Shown here: piece by piece, positions 38,952 through 52,220 of the stretch
Layout: every line of letters begins with the position of its first letter
How positions within the stretch are numbered: the first letter of the stretch is position 1
From: Camelus ferus
Lineage: Eukaryota
Assembly: GCF_009834535.1 (NCBI RefSeq)
Contig: NC_045697.1
Coordinates: 91,390,001-91,454,000 of the forward strand
DNA length: 64,000 bases
Direction: 5' to 3'
Made by a program: the position numbers and the translations under genes
Notes under the pieces: generated by a model
The model's database searches: none
The model's input: only the letters and a program-made list of their open reading frames with translations
What the model was told of the DNA's origin: nothing

Positions 38952-41473
38952 CAAAGGTATACAACATATCCCTTTTAGTTAAGAAATAATACTAAGATCA
39001 ACTGCTAATGTTATTAATTAGAAGTAATGTATTGTGTAAGTGCAATATTGGTTCTAACGATCCTGATGCAAATTTCCAGGCCTGAGTGATTTATTTTGTA
39101 GCTATAGTCCATTTCAACTTCCAGGATACTGTAACTGACTACAGATACCTGTAAACTCTGTATAAGACAAAAGTTATCTAAAGCCTACTTTTCACGAAGA
39201 TATATCAATTACTGTGCTAAATGAGGTGGGATATTTTAAAAGAGCGTATGTTTGGATCCTGTAAAGGCACGCTAGGTTATTCAGATTAATCAACCCATTA
39301 AAAACCTCACAACACTTTAAAAGAATTAATGAGATGAAAATATAGCAAAAAGTCTCAAGACAATTATTGAACGAAAGCTTGTAATGAAAAAAATAAGAAT
39401 AATATTGGGGCATGAATGCTTTGGATGCCCTGGAAGGCATTTACAATACCCCACATCTAGGATCTGGGTCTGTTACCATTCAGAGAAAGGTGTGCGGTAG
39501 AGAGACCCTCTCTGACATCAACAGTGATCTGGGACCCCAAAAGGGTATCTCCTTCTCAGGGTAAAGGTGAACCATATCTGAATCCATGCCCCTCCCCTCA
39601 AAGTCACAGGATGACAAAGAAGTTACTTTGGGCATGAGCAAAGCAGGAAAAGAAAAGAAAAAAGAAACATTCCTGAGAAGTTGTGGCCATAGACTGGCCA
39701 TCTTACAGATTTCCCTCAAAGAATCAATCAGTACCTAAGGTAAGACAGAAATTCTCCCTTGGTTGAGGTGCTGAGAACTGGTAGCGCTCTCAGGAACACA
39801 GAAGAAGCAAAGACAAAGCCTCTCTATGAAAGTCCCACTATAAAAAATTTCCAGGGTGATAATACTAACAAGCAGAGAGAGAAAGCAGACAACATGCATA
39901 GAAACCAGCAGAAACAGGCCTGTCTGATGACAGATATTGGAATTATCAGATGCAGACTTTCAAGTAATGTTTACCACTTTAAAAGAAAAGCAAGACAACT
40001 TGAAAATATCAGCAAGGGACAGGAGGCTTTAAAAATGTAAAACAACGGGCTTGAAAAAGAGCTCATTAGAACTTCTGAACATTAAAAAATACCTTAAGAT
40101 TAAAAAAAAAATCAATAGGCGTATTATTTTGTCATCTGGAACAAGGTAACACGGTATTGCTATAGGCATTCCCTTGCAAATGTGAAAGAAATCATCTTTA
40201 AGATAGTTGAGATCAAAAGGAAAAATAGAGAGTGAAAACTAACAGACACTGAAATCTTAGCTTTGTTATCATTTTTAGTGCTGGTTGTATAAAATTAAAG
40301 GATAGGTGTACGGATTTGCTTAGTTCTTTCAAGAATGTATATGAAATAAATGTTAATAAATTAGAAAAATACCAATGGGCATATATAGCAGCAGACTGCA
40401 CATAAAAAAAGAGAACTTATGAAATATAAGATAGATTTGAAGTAACTGTCTGAATACACAGTGAAAGAAAAAGATGGAAATAAAGAAGGTAAGAGACACA
40501 GAATGCAATATAAAAGTCTAATATACCTTACAGCCGAGTCTCAGAAGGATGGGAGAGAGAGAATTGATTGAGCAAAGGCAATATTTATTTTGGTTTTAAA
40601 TCAACCTTACTGAGGTATAAGTATGGAAAATAAAATGTAGCTACTTTGAGTGTAGAGCTTGGTGAGGTTTGACAAATGCATACACCCACGTAACTACAAT
40701 CACAGTTAAGATATAGAATATGTCCATCACCCCAGCATGTTCCCTCATGACCCTCTGCAGTCATGGCTCTGCCCATAACCCCAGCTCTAGGCATACACCA
40801 AGCTGTTTTGTCATTATAGATTAGAATCGTCTTTTCTAGAATTTCATGTAAATGGGATTATACAGTATGCACCCTCCTCCTTTGTCTAGCATTTATTTCA
40901 TCTCATTTTTGAGATTTATCCACATTTGTTGCATGTATCAGTATTTTTTTTTTAATTGCTGATTGATTATCTATGCACCTGTGGATGGGCATTTGGGTTG
41001 TTTCTCATTTTGGGCTATTATAAATAAAGCACCTACAAAATTTGTACGATTTTTTCTTTAGTGAATATATATTTTCATTTCTTTTGGGCTAACACCTATA
41101 AGTAAAAATGCATAGTCATATGGTAAGTACACATTTAACTTTGTAGTAAACTGCCAAACTGTTACTGTTGTTATTGAGTTATAAAACATTTAAAAAAAAT
41201 AATCTGAATGTAAGTCCTTTGTCAGATATATTAATTGCAAATCTTTACTCGCAGTCTTTTCATTTTCTTAATGGTGGCTTTAAGAGTAGAAGTTTTTAAT
41301 TAGATGTTGTCCAATTTATCATTTTTTTCTTGATTTGTTCTTCTTGTGTCTTATGCAAGAAATTTTTGCTTATTGCAGATGTCTTCGTTTCTTCTAGAAG
41401 TTTTATTGTTTTCCTTTTATGTTTAGACCATGATTAATTTTGAGTTATTTTTGTGTATGGTGTAATGTCATGG

Positions 41474-41989
41474 TGTGGTAGGTAGCCTCTGAAATGGCCC
41501 CTGATTTCCCTACCTCCTAGTATTCAAACCTCCATTCTCTAATGGCAAAATGTTAAAGTGATAGAACATTACTTTTAAGATTAGGTTAAAAAAGACCAGG
41601 ATTTTCTTTTTCTCCTACCTCCCTCTCTCTGTACGCCTGTCTCTATCAGCCCTCACTCTGAGGGAAGTAACCTATTATGTTCTGAGTTGATCCACAGAGA
41701 AGCCCCCAAGGCAAGGAACTGATGTGTCCTACCAACAGTAGTGAAGACCTGAGGCCTGCCAACTATAGAGCGAGCTTGGAAGTGAATCCTCTCCTGGTGG
41801 AGCCCTGAGATCCCTGCAGCTTCAGTCAGCACCTTGATTGCAAGTCCATTAGAAATCCTCACTCAGACGTATTCTGATGCAGACATGCCTAGATTCCCAA
41901 CCCACAGAAACTGTGAATAATAAATGTCTCTTGCTCTAAGCCACTTAGTTTTGGAGCAAGTTGTTAGGTAAGAGTAGACAACTAATATA
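41474..41989 (+). mobile_element. MaLR solo LTR (MLT1F-like)
   Basis: tgtggtaggtagcctctgaaatggcccc ... cccacagaaactgtgaataataaatgt...taagccact...agtagacaactaatata. Confidence 0.85.
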
Positions 41990-44829
41990 AAGGGTTTTGA
42001 TCAAGTTTGGAAAAATTCTGGCCATTATTTCTTAAAATACCTCTATTCCCAACTCACTCCCACCCATCTTTACACTGCTTGATATTGTCTTTCAAATCAT
42101 TTAGGCTCTCTGCTTATTATTATTATCATTATTATTATTTTACTTTTTTTCTATGCTTCCATTTTTGGATAGGTTTATTTTTTCCTTCTGTCCTTAAGTT
42201 CTCTGATCCTTTTGTCTGTAGTATATAATTTGCAGTTAATCCCATTCAGTAAAATTAAAAATTTCTGATATTATAATTTTCATCCCCAAGTTTCCATTTG
42301 GTTCCTTTTTGTAAATTCCATCTTCACATGTTCCTTTGTCATCTTCATGTGTTCCTTTATATTACTGAACTTACTTATAATAGCTGATGTAAAGTTCTTG
42401 TCTACTAATTGCACCATTTCTGTTTTCTGGGAGTGTTTCTATGTACACACCCACAATTACAGATTAGTTGTTTATAAAGAAGAATGAAATTGACAAACCT
42501 GATTTGCTTTCTTGGTTAGGAATAACATTTTTTCTTGTCTAGTATTAAAAGTGTTGGATTTGTTCTGGCAGGCAGTTAAATTACTTGTGGACAAGCTTGA
42601 CTATTTTGAGGCTTGGTTTTAAGCCTTGTCAAGGTGAATTTAGAAAATCTTTTATTCTGGACTGGTTTAGTTCTATTATCAAGGTGAAATAGTCCTGGAA
42701 TCTTTACTGCATGCCCTGTGTGTTGAAGAAGGACTCTCCACTTGTTGGTAGGTTGGGTGTAACTCTAATATTTCCCAGCCCTGTCTGAGCTCTTGGTGTT
42801 TTCTAGCTTACAGCTCCCCAGCCATTGTTTGCCTGGCCTCTTGGAGGAGTTTTGCTGTAATGAATCATCACTTGGATTTCAGAAACACATTCAAAGGGTC
42901 TACTATGAAGATTTCTGGGTTTCTTTCTCTGTGTAGCTCCATCTTTCCTGGTTCTCTGTCCTATGAATTTCAGTTACCTCAGGCATCAAACTCTGATCTC
43001 TGACTCCTCAACTGGCAGCAATCACTTGGTAGTGCTTGGAAATCTCCCTTCTGTGGACCATGGTCAGAAGGCAGAAATCCAAGGTGATTCTAGATTTCAT
43101 CTTGTTTGTTTCCTGTCTCTCATGGATCAGAAAAACAATAGTTTCAAATACTCTGTCCAGTTTTCTAGTTGTTTCTGGTGGGCAGGTAAGTCTGGCACAA
43201 TTTTCTCCTTCATGGTAGGACTTAAGAGATTGCCAGAGGCCATATTTGAAGAGTTGACATCTGGTAATTTTCTAGAATCAAAGCCAAGCCACACTTTCAT
43301 AAGGCACAAAATAGAACAAACAAAATCCATGCTTAGACACATCACAGTGAAACTATAGAAAAACAGAGTAGTAGAGCCACAGGAAAAGAGGTAACTTTCA
43401 AGGGAATGACACGTAAGATGGACAGATGACTTCTCAACAGAAGAAACAACAGAGTCAAAGGATTGTGTTTTTAATTTTCTAGAAGAAAACAACAGCCAAT
43501 TTGGAATTCTATACCCAGCAAGAATATCATTCAAATATGCATATAAAATAAATATATTTTACAGACAAACAGAAGCATATTCTCAGTAAAGGAACTTCTG
43601 AAAGATCAAATTTAGACTTTAGAAAAGTAGTCCCAGCTGGAATGTTTGAGATAGAAGAAGAAATGTAGAACAAAGAAGGTGGCAAATGTTATGAGCTAAT
43701 GTAAATAAACTGTAATTACATAAAACAACTAGTAAGATGAAACAAAAACATTACAAAGAAGACTTTAAAATCTGGCAACAATAATATATAAGCTGGACAA
43801 GGGAAACAAATGGTATTAATATGTTGTGAAGTTCTTTTATTATCGGCTTTTAACTTTGGACTTTCCTATGCTAAGTATATAAAGTGTAATTTCTAGGGTA
43901 ACTACCAAAAGAATATAGAGTATATAATCTTCAAATCTTAGGGGAAGAAGTGGAATGATGAAAAAATACTAAGTCAATAAAAAAGATAAGAAAGAAAAGG
44001 AAAAGAAAGATGACAGAAATAGAAAGTACTAAAATAAAACAATGAAAACAAATCTCAATATATTTTAGAGTACACTGGATAGAAATGAACTAAATGGTCT
44101 AAAACAGAACAATATATTGTTTCTAAGAGACATATTTATGGAAAATAGAAGTAATTAATAAAAATATAGCTAAAATGTTCCCATATATTTAGGAATTTAA
44201 AAATGTACTTATAACATACGGATTGAAAGAAAAAAGAAAAATTTTAAAATCTTTTAAAGTTAAAGTAAATAATTATGAAAATACTACACATATCAAAACT
44301 TGTGTGCTAAAGCTATGTCAGTATCCAGTGGAAAATTTGTCACATTTAAGAATGCATGCATTAGGAAAAAAGAAAAGGTGAAAATCTGTGAGACATGCTT
44401 CTATTTCAGGAAGTTAGAAAAGGAACAGCAACATGAAAGCAAAGAAAGTAGAAGGAAAGAGGTAATAAAGAGCAGAAGGTAATAAAATAGATAATACACA
44501 TAAAACAGACATTTAAAAAAATTAAAGATTAGTTGTTTATAAAGAAGAATGAAATTGACAAAGCTCTGGTGAGAATGATAAAGAAAAAAGAGACAAGGTA
44601 CAAATAATCACCAATATCAGTAATGTGAAAAGGGTTATCATTATAGATATTTCAGATACCAAACTGTAAGAAGATATTATGAACACATAGCCAAAAATTT
44701 TGAAAATTTGGAAGACATGGATATATTTCTAGAAAAATATAATTTACCAAAGCTGTTTCAAAGAAGAAATAGAAAACCTGAAGAGTTCTAAAACTGTGAA
44801 ATTGGATCAACAATCAAAAGTATTTCTAC

Positions 44830-45474
44830 AGAGAATGTAAATTGGTACAATCACTATAGAAAACAGTATGGAGATTCCTTAAAAAACAAAAAAGAGAATT
44901 ACCATATGATCCAGCAATCTCACTCCTGGGCATATATCCAGAGAAAACTCTAATTTGAAAAGATATATGCAACTCAATGTTCAAAGCAGCACTATTTACA
45001 ATAGCCAAGACATAGAAGCAACCTAAATTTCCATTAACAGACGACTAGATAAAGAAGATGTGGAATATATATACATTGGAATACTACTCAGCCCCAAAAA
45101 GAATAAAATAATGCCATTTGCAGCAACATGGATGGACCTAGAGATCTACATATTAATTGAAGTCAGACAAAGACATGTATCATATATCACTTATATGTGG
45201 AATCTTAAAAAATGATACAAATAACCTTATTTACAAGACAGAAATGGACTCACAGACATAGAAAACAAATTTATGGTTACCAAAGGGGAAAGAGGGGAAG
45301 GGACAAATTTGGAGTTTGGGATTAGCAGGTAAAACATATATATATGTGTTTACATATATGTTATATATGTTTTTATATATATATATATATACATAAAACA
45401 GACAATGTCCTACTGTATAGCACAGGGAACTATATTCGATATCTTGTGATAAACTATAATGGAAAAGAATATGA

Positions 45475-45531
<57 letters not shown>

Positions 45532-45632
45532 TGCCTGCCTGCCTGCCTATCTATCTACCTAACTGAATCACTATACTGTACATTAGAAACTAATACAACA
45601 TTGTAAATCAACTATACTTCAATTAAAAAAAA
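44830..45632 (+). mobile_element. 5'-truncated L1 3' end nested in host L1 ORF2
   Basis: ORF2-end motifs (gcagcactatttacaatagccaagac), 3' UTR ending aatcaactatacttcaattaaaaaaaa; decayed TSD-like flanks tatttctacaga / aattcccacaga. Confidence 0.88.
45480..45528. repeat. (TA)n microsatellite inside the L1 3' UTR
   Basis: About 24 uninterrupted TA units read directly. Confidence 0.95.
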
Positions 45633-48166
45633 TTCCCACAGAAACCCCAAAACAATAGCAACAACAAAACTCTAAGTCAAGAGAGTTTCACTAAAAAGAT
45701 CTAACATTCAAAGAACAAACATTTCTAATACATAAAATTTATGAGAAAATAGAATTCATTTTTGAGGCTAGCATAACTTTGATACTACCGTTTAATGAGA
45801 GTTCAATAATGAAAAACTTCAGGTCAATCTCTCTAATGAACATAGATGAAAACATATTAAACAAAATACTTGCAAATTACATCCAGCAACATAAAAGGAG
45901 ACTGAATTATAATTGTGTTGGTTTTATTACAGGAAAGCAAATTTAGTACACTAGCAAAATCAATCCATAAAATTTATCCATTAACAGATTAAAGAGAAAA
46001 AAAATCAAATGATTACCTCAAATAATATGGAGAAAGCTTTTATAAAATTCAATATTTGCAACAAAAACTCTCAGAAAAACAAGAAGGAACTTTATGAATC
46101 TGATAGAAGTTATCCCCAAACACACACACACACAAAATGCACAAAGATGAAGACTGAAAGCTTTCCCTCTGAGACTGGGAAAAAGGATAAGGGTCCTTAC
46201 TTACTATCACTCTGATTCTGCACTGTACTGGAGGTACAGCCAGAGCAACAGATAAGAGAGAGAAATAAAATATATGATGATTGGAAAGAGAGAAAACTGT
46301 TAAATCTTGCAGATGGTATTATGATACATAAACAAAATCCAAAACATGCATTAATCTCTTAATTTACATAGAAAACAAAATGTGAAGTTACAAACCAAAG
46401 TTGCAATAATACCAGTTTTTAGACTAATACTTGCAGTAAAAAATGTGTAAGTCTCGTCAATCATGTAAAAACAAAAGGTGGAGCTATATTTTCTTTTCTA
46501 TAAAATTCAAGAAACCAATGCATTAAAATATATTTGTTTATGTTTTTGGATATAATGTATAAGGATGTGATTTTTGTGACATGAAACACCTGAAAGGGGT
46601 GGGGATGGATGTATAAAGGATCAACGTTTTTGTATGTAACTGAGGTTAAACTGGTATAAACCCAAAGTAGAGTGTTATAATTATGTTACATGTAATCCCC
46701 ATGGTAACCACAAAGAAAACAGCTGGATAATGTACACAAAAAGAAATGAGAAAAGAACTTAAATGCTTCACTACAAAAAATCAACTAAACATAAAAGACA
46801 GTAGTGCAGAAACGGAGGGACAGAAAAGCTATAAGGTACATAAAAAATGAAGAATAAAATGACAGGAGTCCTTCCCTATCAGCCTTAAAAGAGAAGAAGA
46901 CTCATGCACATGCTACAACATGAATGACCTGGCGATACTGTCCTGTGTGAAATAGGCCAGTCACAGGTGGATGGATACTGTGTGGTTCCACTTATACGAA
47001 GTACTTAGAGTAGTCAAGGTCATGGAGACAGAAGGTGAAGTAGTAGTTAGCAGGGGCTGGGAGGAGAGGGTATTGGGGAATTGTTTAATGGGCAGTGTTT
47101 CAGTTTTTCAAGGCAGAAGGAGTTCTGAAGATGGATGAGTGGTGATGGTTGTACAAGAATGTAAATTACTTAATACCAGTGAACTGTACACTTGAAATGG
47201 TTATGATGGTAAATGTTACAGGTGTATCTCACCACAGTTTAAAAATAAGTGTTTAAAAAGTGGAATCAATCCAAATGCCCATCAACTAGTGAGAGAATAA
47301 ATAAAATGTGGTATATCCATACTGCTAATTGGATTATTTCCAGTATTCTATCTATTCTATCCGATCACTTATCTGTTCTTGTGTTTTTCATTTCATTTAT
47401 TGCATTCTTTGGTTTCAACTGGTTCTTCTTAAAACTTTCTAGTTCCTTGTTAAAATTCTCATTGTATTCATCTATTCTTCTCACTAAGTCAGTTAATACT
47501 CTTATTACTAATGCTTTGAACTCTATCTGGTACATTATTTTTGTTTCATTGGTTGTTTTTTCAGGGTTTTTGCTTTGAAGTACATTTGAAGTACATTTCT
47601 CTATCTTCTCATTTTGCTTAAGTTTCTGTCTTTATGAAAATGAAAGAGTTATCTATTTTAGTCCTGAAGGGGTGGCCCTGTGTGGGAGTAACCCTATACA
47701 GTCTGTGTGCACCCAGTGGATTTGGTGGGAGAGCTTTATCCGATGTGAGCATTAGTAACATCTTCCCTCAGGGTGTGCTGGCAGCTATCACACTGGTAGG
47801 AGGTGGGTCTGGAGATGCAGGGGCTAGAGCCAGAGCCAAGTGTGAACCAGGGCTGCTCCTCTGCTAGGTAGCCAACATTACCATTTAGGAGCAGGGACCT
47901 GCTACCAAGCTGCTGGAGCATAAGCCCTGGGGGTCACATCTGAGCTAGCTCCTCTTCCTCTAAGTGTATGCTCTCCCTGCTCCCAGTACTGCCCCAGAGG
48001 GGAGCAGCACTGAAGCAAGAGGGGCCAGAGCGGGTGATCGGCATGGGTCATCATGAGGGCTGTGGCAGTCCCAGCACCAATCACAGCCCTGGACCACTCG
48101 ATTCATTCTCTCTTCAGACACCAGCAATAGCTGCCCTCACCCTGTTCTGATGCTGTTCTGTTCCGC

Positions 48167-51100
48167 GGGTTTTTATCATGAAAGGCTGTTGTATTTTGTC
48201 AAATGTTTTTTCCAATTTTCTGCATTTGATTAAGATGACCATATTTTACCTTTTATTCTATCAGTATGGTGTATAACATTTATTGATATGCATACCTGAA
48301 TCATTCTTGCATCTGAGGGATAAATCCCACTTGATCATGGTACATGACCCTTTTATTTTGGAAGAGTTTGGATTGGCGCTAATTCTTTCTTAAATGTTTT
48401 GTAGAAATAACCAGGAAAACCACCTGGTCCTCGGCTTTTCTCTGTTGGGAGGCTTTTGATTACTGACTCAATCTCCTTACACATTATTGGTCTGTTCATA
48501 TTTTCCATTTTTTCATGATTCAGATATGGTAAGGTGTATGTTTCTGGCAGTTTATCCATTTCTTCTAGGTTATCCAATTTATTGGATACAGTTGTTCATA
48601 ATAGTCTCTTATGATCTTATGTATTTCAATGGTATCTGCTGTAATGTTTCCTCTTTCATTTCTCATTTTACTTTTGAGTCTTTTTTTCCCCCTTAGATTA
48701 TCTAACTAAAGGTTTGTCAACGTTCTTTACTTTTTCAAAAAACAGCTCTTAGTTTTGATGATTTTTTTTTCTTTTTCTTTTTTTTCTGGTCTTTGTTTCA
48801 TTTTTTCAGCTCTGATCTTTGTTGTTTCCTTTCATCTGCTAACTTTGGTCTTAGTTCTTTTTATAGTTCCCTGAGGAATAAAGTTAGGATGTTTGAGATC
48901 TTTCTTTTTTCTTAATCTATGAATTTATCATTATAAAATTCCCTCTTACAACTGCTTTTGCCACATCCAAAAGGTTTTGAAATGTTTCCATTTTCATTTT
49001 CATTTATTTCGAGATATTTTTTGATTTCCTTTTTGATTTCTTCTTTGACTCATTGGTTGTTTGGGCGTGTGCTATTTAGTTTCCGCATTTTATAATATTT
49101 CCAGTTTTCCTCTTGTTGATTTCTACTTTTCATAGCACTGTGATCAGAAAAAATAGTATGATTTCAATCTTCTTAAATTTGCTAAGACTTGTGGCCTATC
49201 ATATCATGCATCCTGGAGAATTCCATGTGTACCTGAGAAGAATGTAAATTTTGCTGCCATTCTATATATGTCTGTTAGGTCCACTTGGTGTAAAGTATAG
49301 TTCAAGTTCATTGTTTCATTCTTTTTTTTGGTCTGGATGATCTATCCACTGCTGAAAGTGGGGCACTGAAGTACCCCATTGTTGTTGAACTGTTACCTTT
49401 TTCTCTCTTCAGATCTGTTAGTATTTGCTTAATATATTTAGGTGTTCCAATGTTGGGTACGTTATCCTCATAATTGATACATCCTCTTGATGAGTTAACT
49501 CCATCATACAATGACCTTCTTTTTCTCTTGTTACTGCTTTTGGCTTTAAGTCTTATTTTGTCTGATATAAGTATAGCTACCCCTGCTTTCTTTTGGTTTC
49601 CATTTTGAGCCTATATGTCCATAGAGCTGAAATGAGTCTCTTGCAGGTGGTATATAGATGGCTCTTGTATTTAATCCATTCAGCCACTCCGTACTTTGAA
49701 GAACTCAATTCATTTACATTTAGAGTAATTGTTGATAAGGATTTACTGATGTCTTCTAATACACTGTTTTCTGATTACTTTATAGTTCCCTGGCTCCTTT
49801 TTCCCTCTCCTGCTGCCTTCCTTTGTGATTGATGATTTTCCATTATGATGTGTTTTGATTCCTCTCTCTTTTTTGAAAATCTACTATCAGTTTTTCCTTT
49901 GTATTACCATGTCATAAAACATCTTATAGATAGAACTGTCTATCTTATGCTGACATCAACTTTGCTTGCATACAAAAATCTCTACTTTTTACTCTCCTGC
50001 CTTTTATATATATATGTATATACATATATATATATTTTTAATTGAAGTACAGTTAGCTACAATGTGTCAATTTCTGGTGTATAGCACAATGTCCCATCTT
50101 TTATGTTTTTAATGTCACAATTTACCTCTTTTTATATTGTGTATTCATTAACAAGTTATGGTAGTTAGAGTTATTTTTAATACTCTTGTCCTTAACCTTT
50201 GTACTATAGTTGTTAACACACTACCATATTACAGTATTGGAGTTTTCTGAATTTGATCACTTACCTTTATCAGTGTGTTGTATATTTTCATATGTCTTCT
50301 TTTTTTTTTTTTTTTTCTTTCATTTTCAGCTTGAAGAGCTTCTTTTAGCATTTCTTGTAAGGCAGGTCTACTGATCATGAATTTCCTCAACTTTTGTTTA
50401 TCTGGGAAAATCTTCATTTCTCCTTCCTTTCTGAAGGATAACTCTATTGGACAAAGTGTTCTTGGTTTGCTATATTTTTCTTTCAGCACTTTGAATACAT
50501 CATCCTACTCTCTCCTGGCCTGTAAAGATCCTGCCGATAGCCTAATGTGGGTTTCTATGTAGTTACAATCTTTTTTTCTTTTGCTGCTTTTAGGATTCTC
50601 TCTTTGTCTCTGATTTTTGATAGTTTCATTATAATGTGAAGATAATTTTGGATTGCAATAATGGCATAATCCATATGCTTCATGAACTTGAATATCTAAA
50701 TCTCTCCCCAGGTTTGGGAAATTCTCAGTCATTATTTCTTTAAATAAGCTTTCTGCCCCTTTTCCTTATGCAACTCCAAGGATTCAGACATTGCTTCTTT
50801 TGAGGGTGTCCTATAGATCACATTGGTTTTCTTTACTCTTTGTCATTCTTTTTCTTCGTTCTCTTCTAACCGGGCTATCTGTCTTACACTGGTATGTCTC
50901 CTCAAAGTTCCTGTCCCCTAACTTACTGATTCTTCTGTTTGATCTATTCTGTTGTTGATGCTCTCTATTGAATTTTACATTTCATTCACTGAATTCTTCA
51001 GCTCCAGAAATTCTGAATGGCTCTTTTTTTTTTTTTTTATGATTTCAATCTCTTTATTAAATTTCTCATTCTTTTTATGTATGTTTCCCTGATTTCACTG

Positions 51101-51852
51101 AATTATGTTTTCTTGTAGTTCACTGAATTTCCTTAAAACAGCTTTTGGAAATGTTTATTGGGTAAGTTGCAAATCTTCTTATCTTTGGGTTTGGTTACCA
51201 GAAGAAAATTGTGATCTTTTGGTGATGTCATGTTTCCCTGATTTTTCATGTTCATTGGAGTTTTGTGTTGCTATTTTTGCATCTGAAGTAGCAGTCACCT
51301 CCTCCAACCTATACTGTCTTCAGGTGAGAGGTATCTTTATTAGTCTTGCTACAGAGTCTGGGGCCTTCTCTGACCTTGCATGGATACACCTACTTCTCGC
51401 TTCTTGCTCCCTCTTGTGGCAGAATTCATAAGCTGTATGTCTCCTTTCAATTCTACTCCAATGCATCCAAATTTGTTTTGTTTTGTTTTTCTCCAACAAA
51501 ATGCTGTAATTTCTCCCATGAAAACCTGGACTTCCGCAAAGGCTGTCTTGTCCATGAGTATCTTCTCAAGTCAGTTATCTCCAAGTGCTCCTAGGCTGTG
51601 GCTGAAAGGGGTTGGAGCCAGTTGATAGGCTTCTGCCAGTTCCACAGCCCATACCAAGAAGGTCTGTGCGCCTATTACCCAGCACATGGCTGGGCAACAC
51701 CTCCTGGATCTCTCTCTGTATGTATGGTACTAGATCCCACAACTCTGACAGAGTCACTTTTGTTTGTGGATGGATGACAAAGTTTATCGTTGAAGGGAGA
51801 GGAACAAAAATGAAAGATGTCTTATGCTGCTATAATGCTGACATCACTCCTC
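48167..51852 (-). mobile_element. L1 5' half (5' UTR, ORF1, endonuclease to start of RT), decayed
   Basis: Minus ORFs 50505-50732 (MTENFPNLGRDLDIQVHEA) and 50229-50489 are ORF1p-like; 49308-49511 is endonuclease-like; 48353-48577 (MDNLEEMDK...KEIESVIKSLPTEKSRGPGGF) is ORF2p; 5' terminus ggagtgatgtcagc near 51850. Confidence 0.88.
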
Positions 51853-52220
51853 CAAGAGGACTCTAATTGGAAAATAGTATGTGCATTTCTTGACTTGGGA
51901 GGTGGTTACACTGCTGTCTGCAATATGTCTTTGTAAAAAATGTACATGTTTTATGCATTTGTGTCATATTATAAAATTTTAAAAAGAATAAAGAAAGTCT
52001 GTCCATCAACCCTAATCTAAAAGAGGTAAGATAAATTTTTAAAAAGACAGTTAATGAAAAATAGTTTCAGACTCTCTCAGTACTTCAGTAATTCAAAATA
52101 GGAAAATATTAGCATGGACTGGAGAAATACAGGAAACTTGAGGAAAATAGTGGTAGCTTGAGATGGAACATCAATGTGGGCAAATATTTACACATGAGCA
52201 AAAATATGCACATTTGGTCT

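Larger units (their letters stand above)
39440..51990. mobile_element. Nested L1 stack: old plus-strand host L1 broken by several later L1s and an LTR
   Basis: Host ORF1-like sequence 39.9-40.6 kb resumes at 43.24 kb and runs into ORF2 (44.3-46.3 kb); further L1 pieces at 46.3-47.3 kb; minus-strand L1s at 40.6-43.2, 47.3-48.2 and 48.2-51.85 kb; plus-strand 3' tail at 51.87-51.99 kb. Confidence 0.8.

Noticed and set aside
48167..51852. Intact or domesticated reverse transcriptase/endonuclease gene
   Set aside because: Only short frameshifted L1 fragments; the RT region is truncated.
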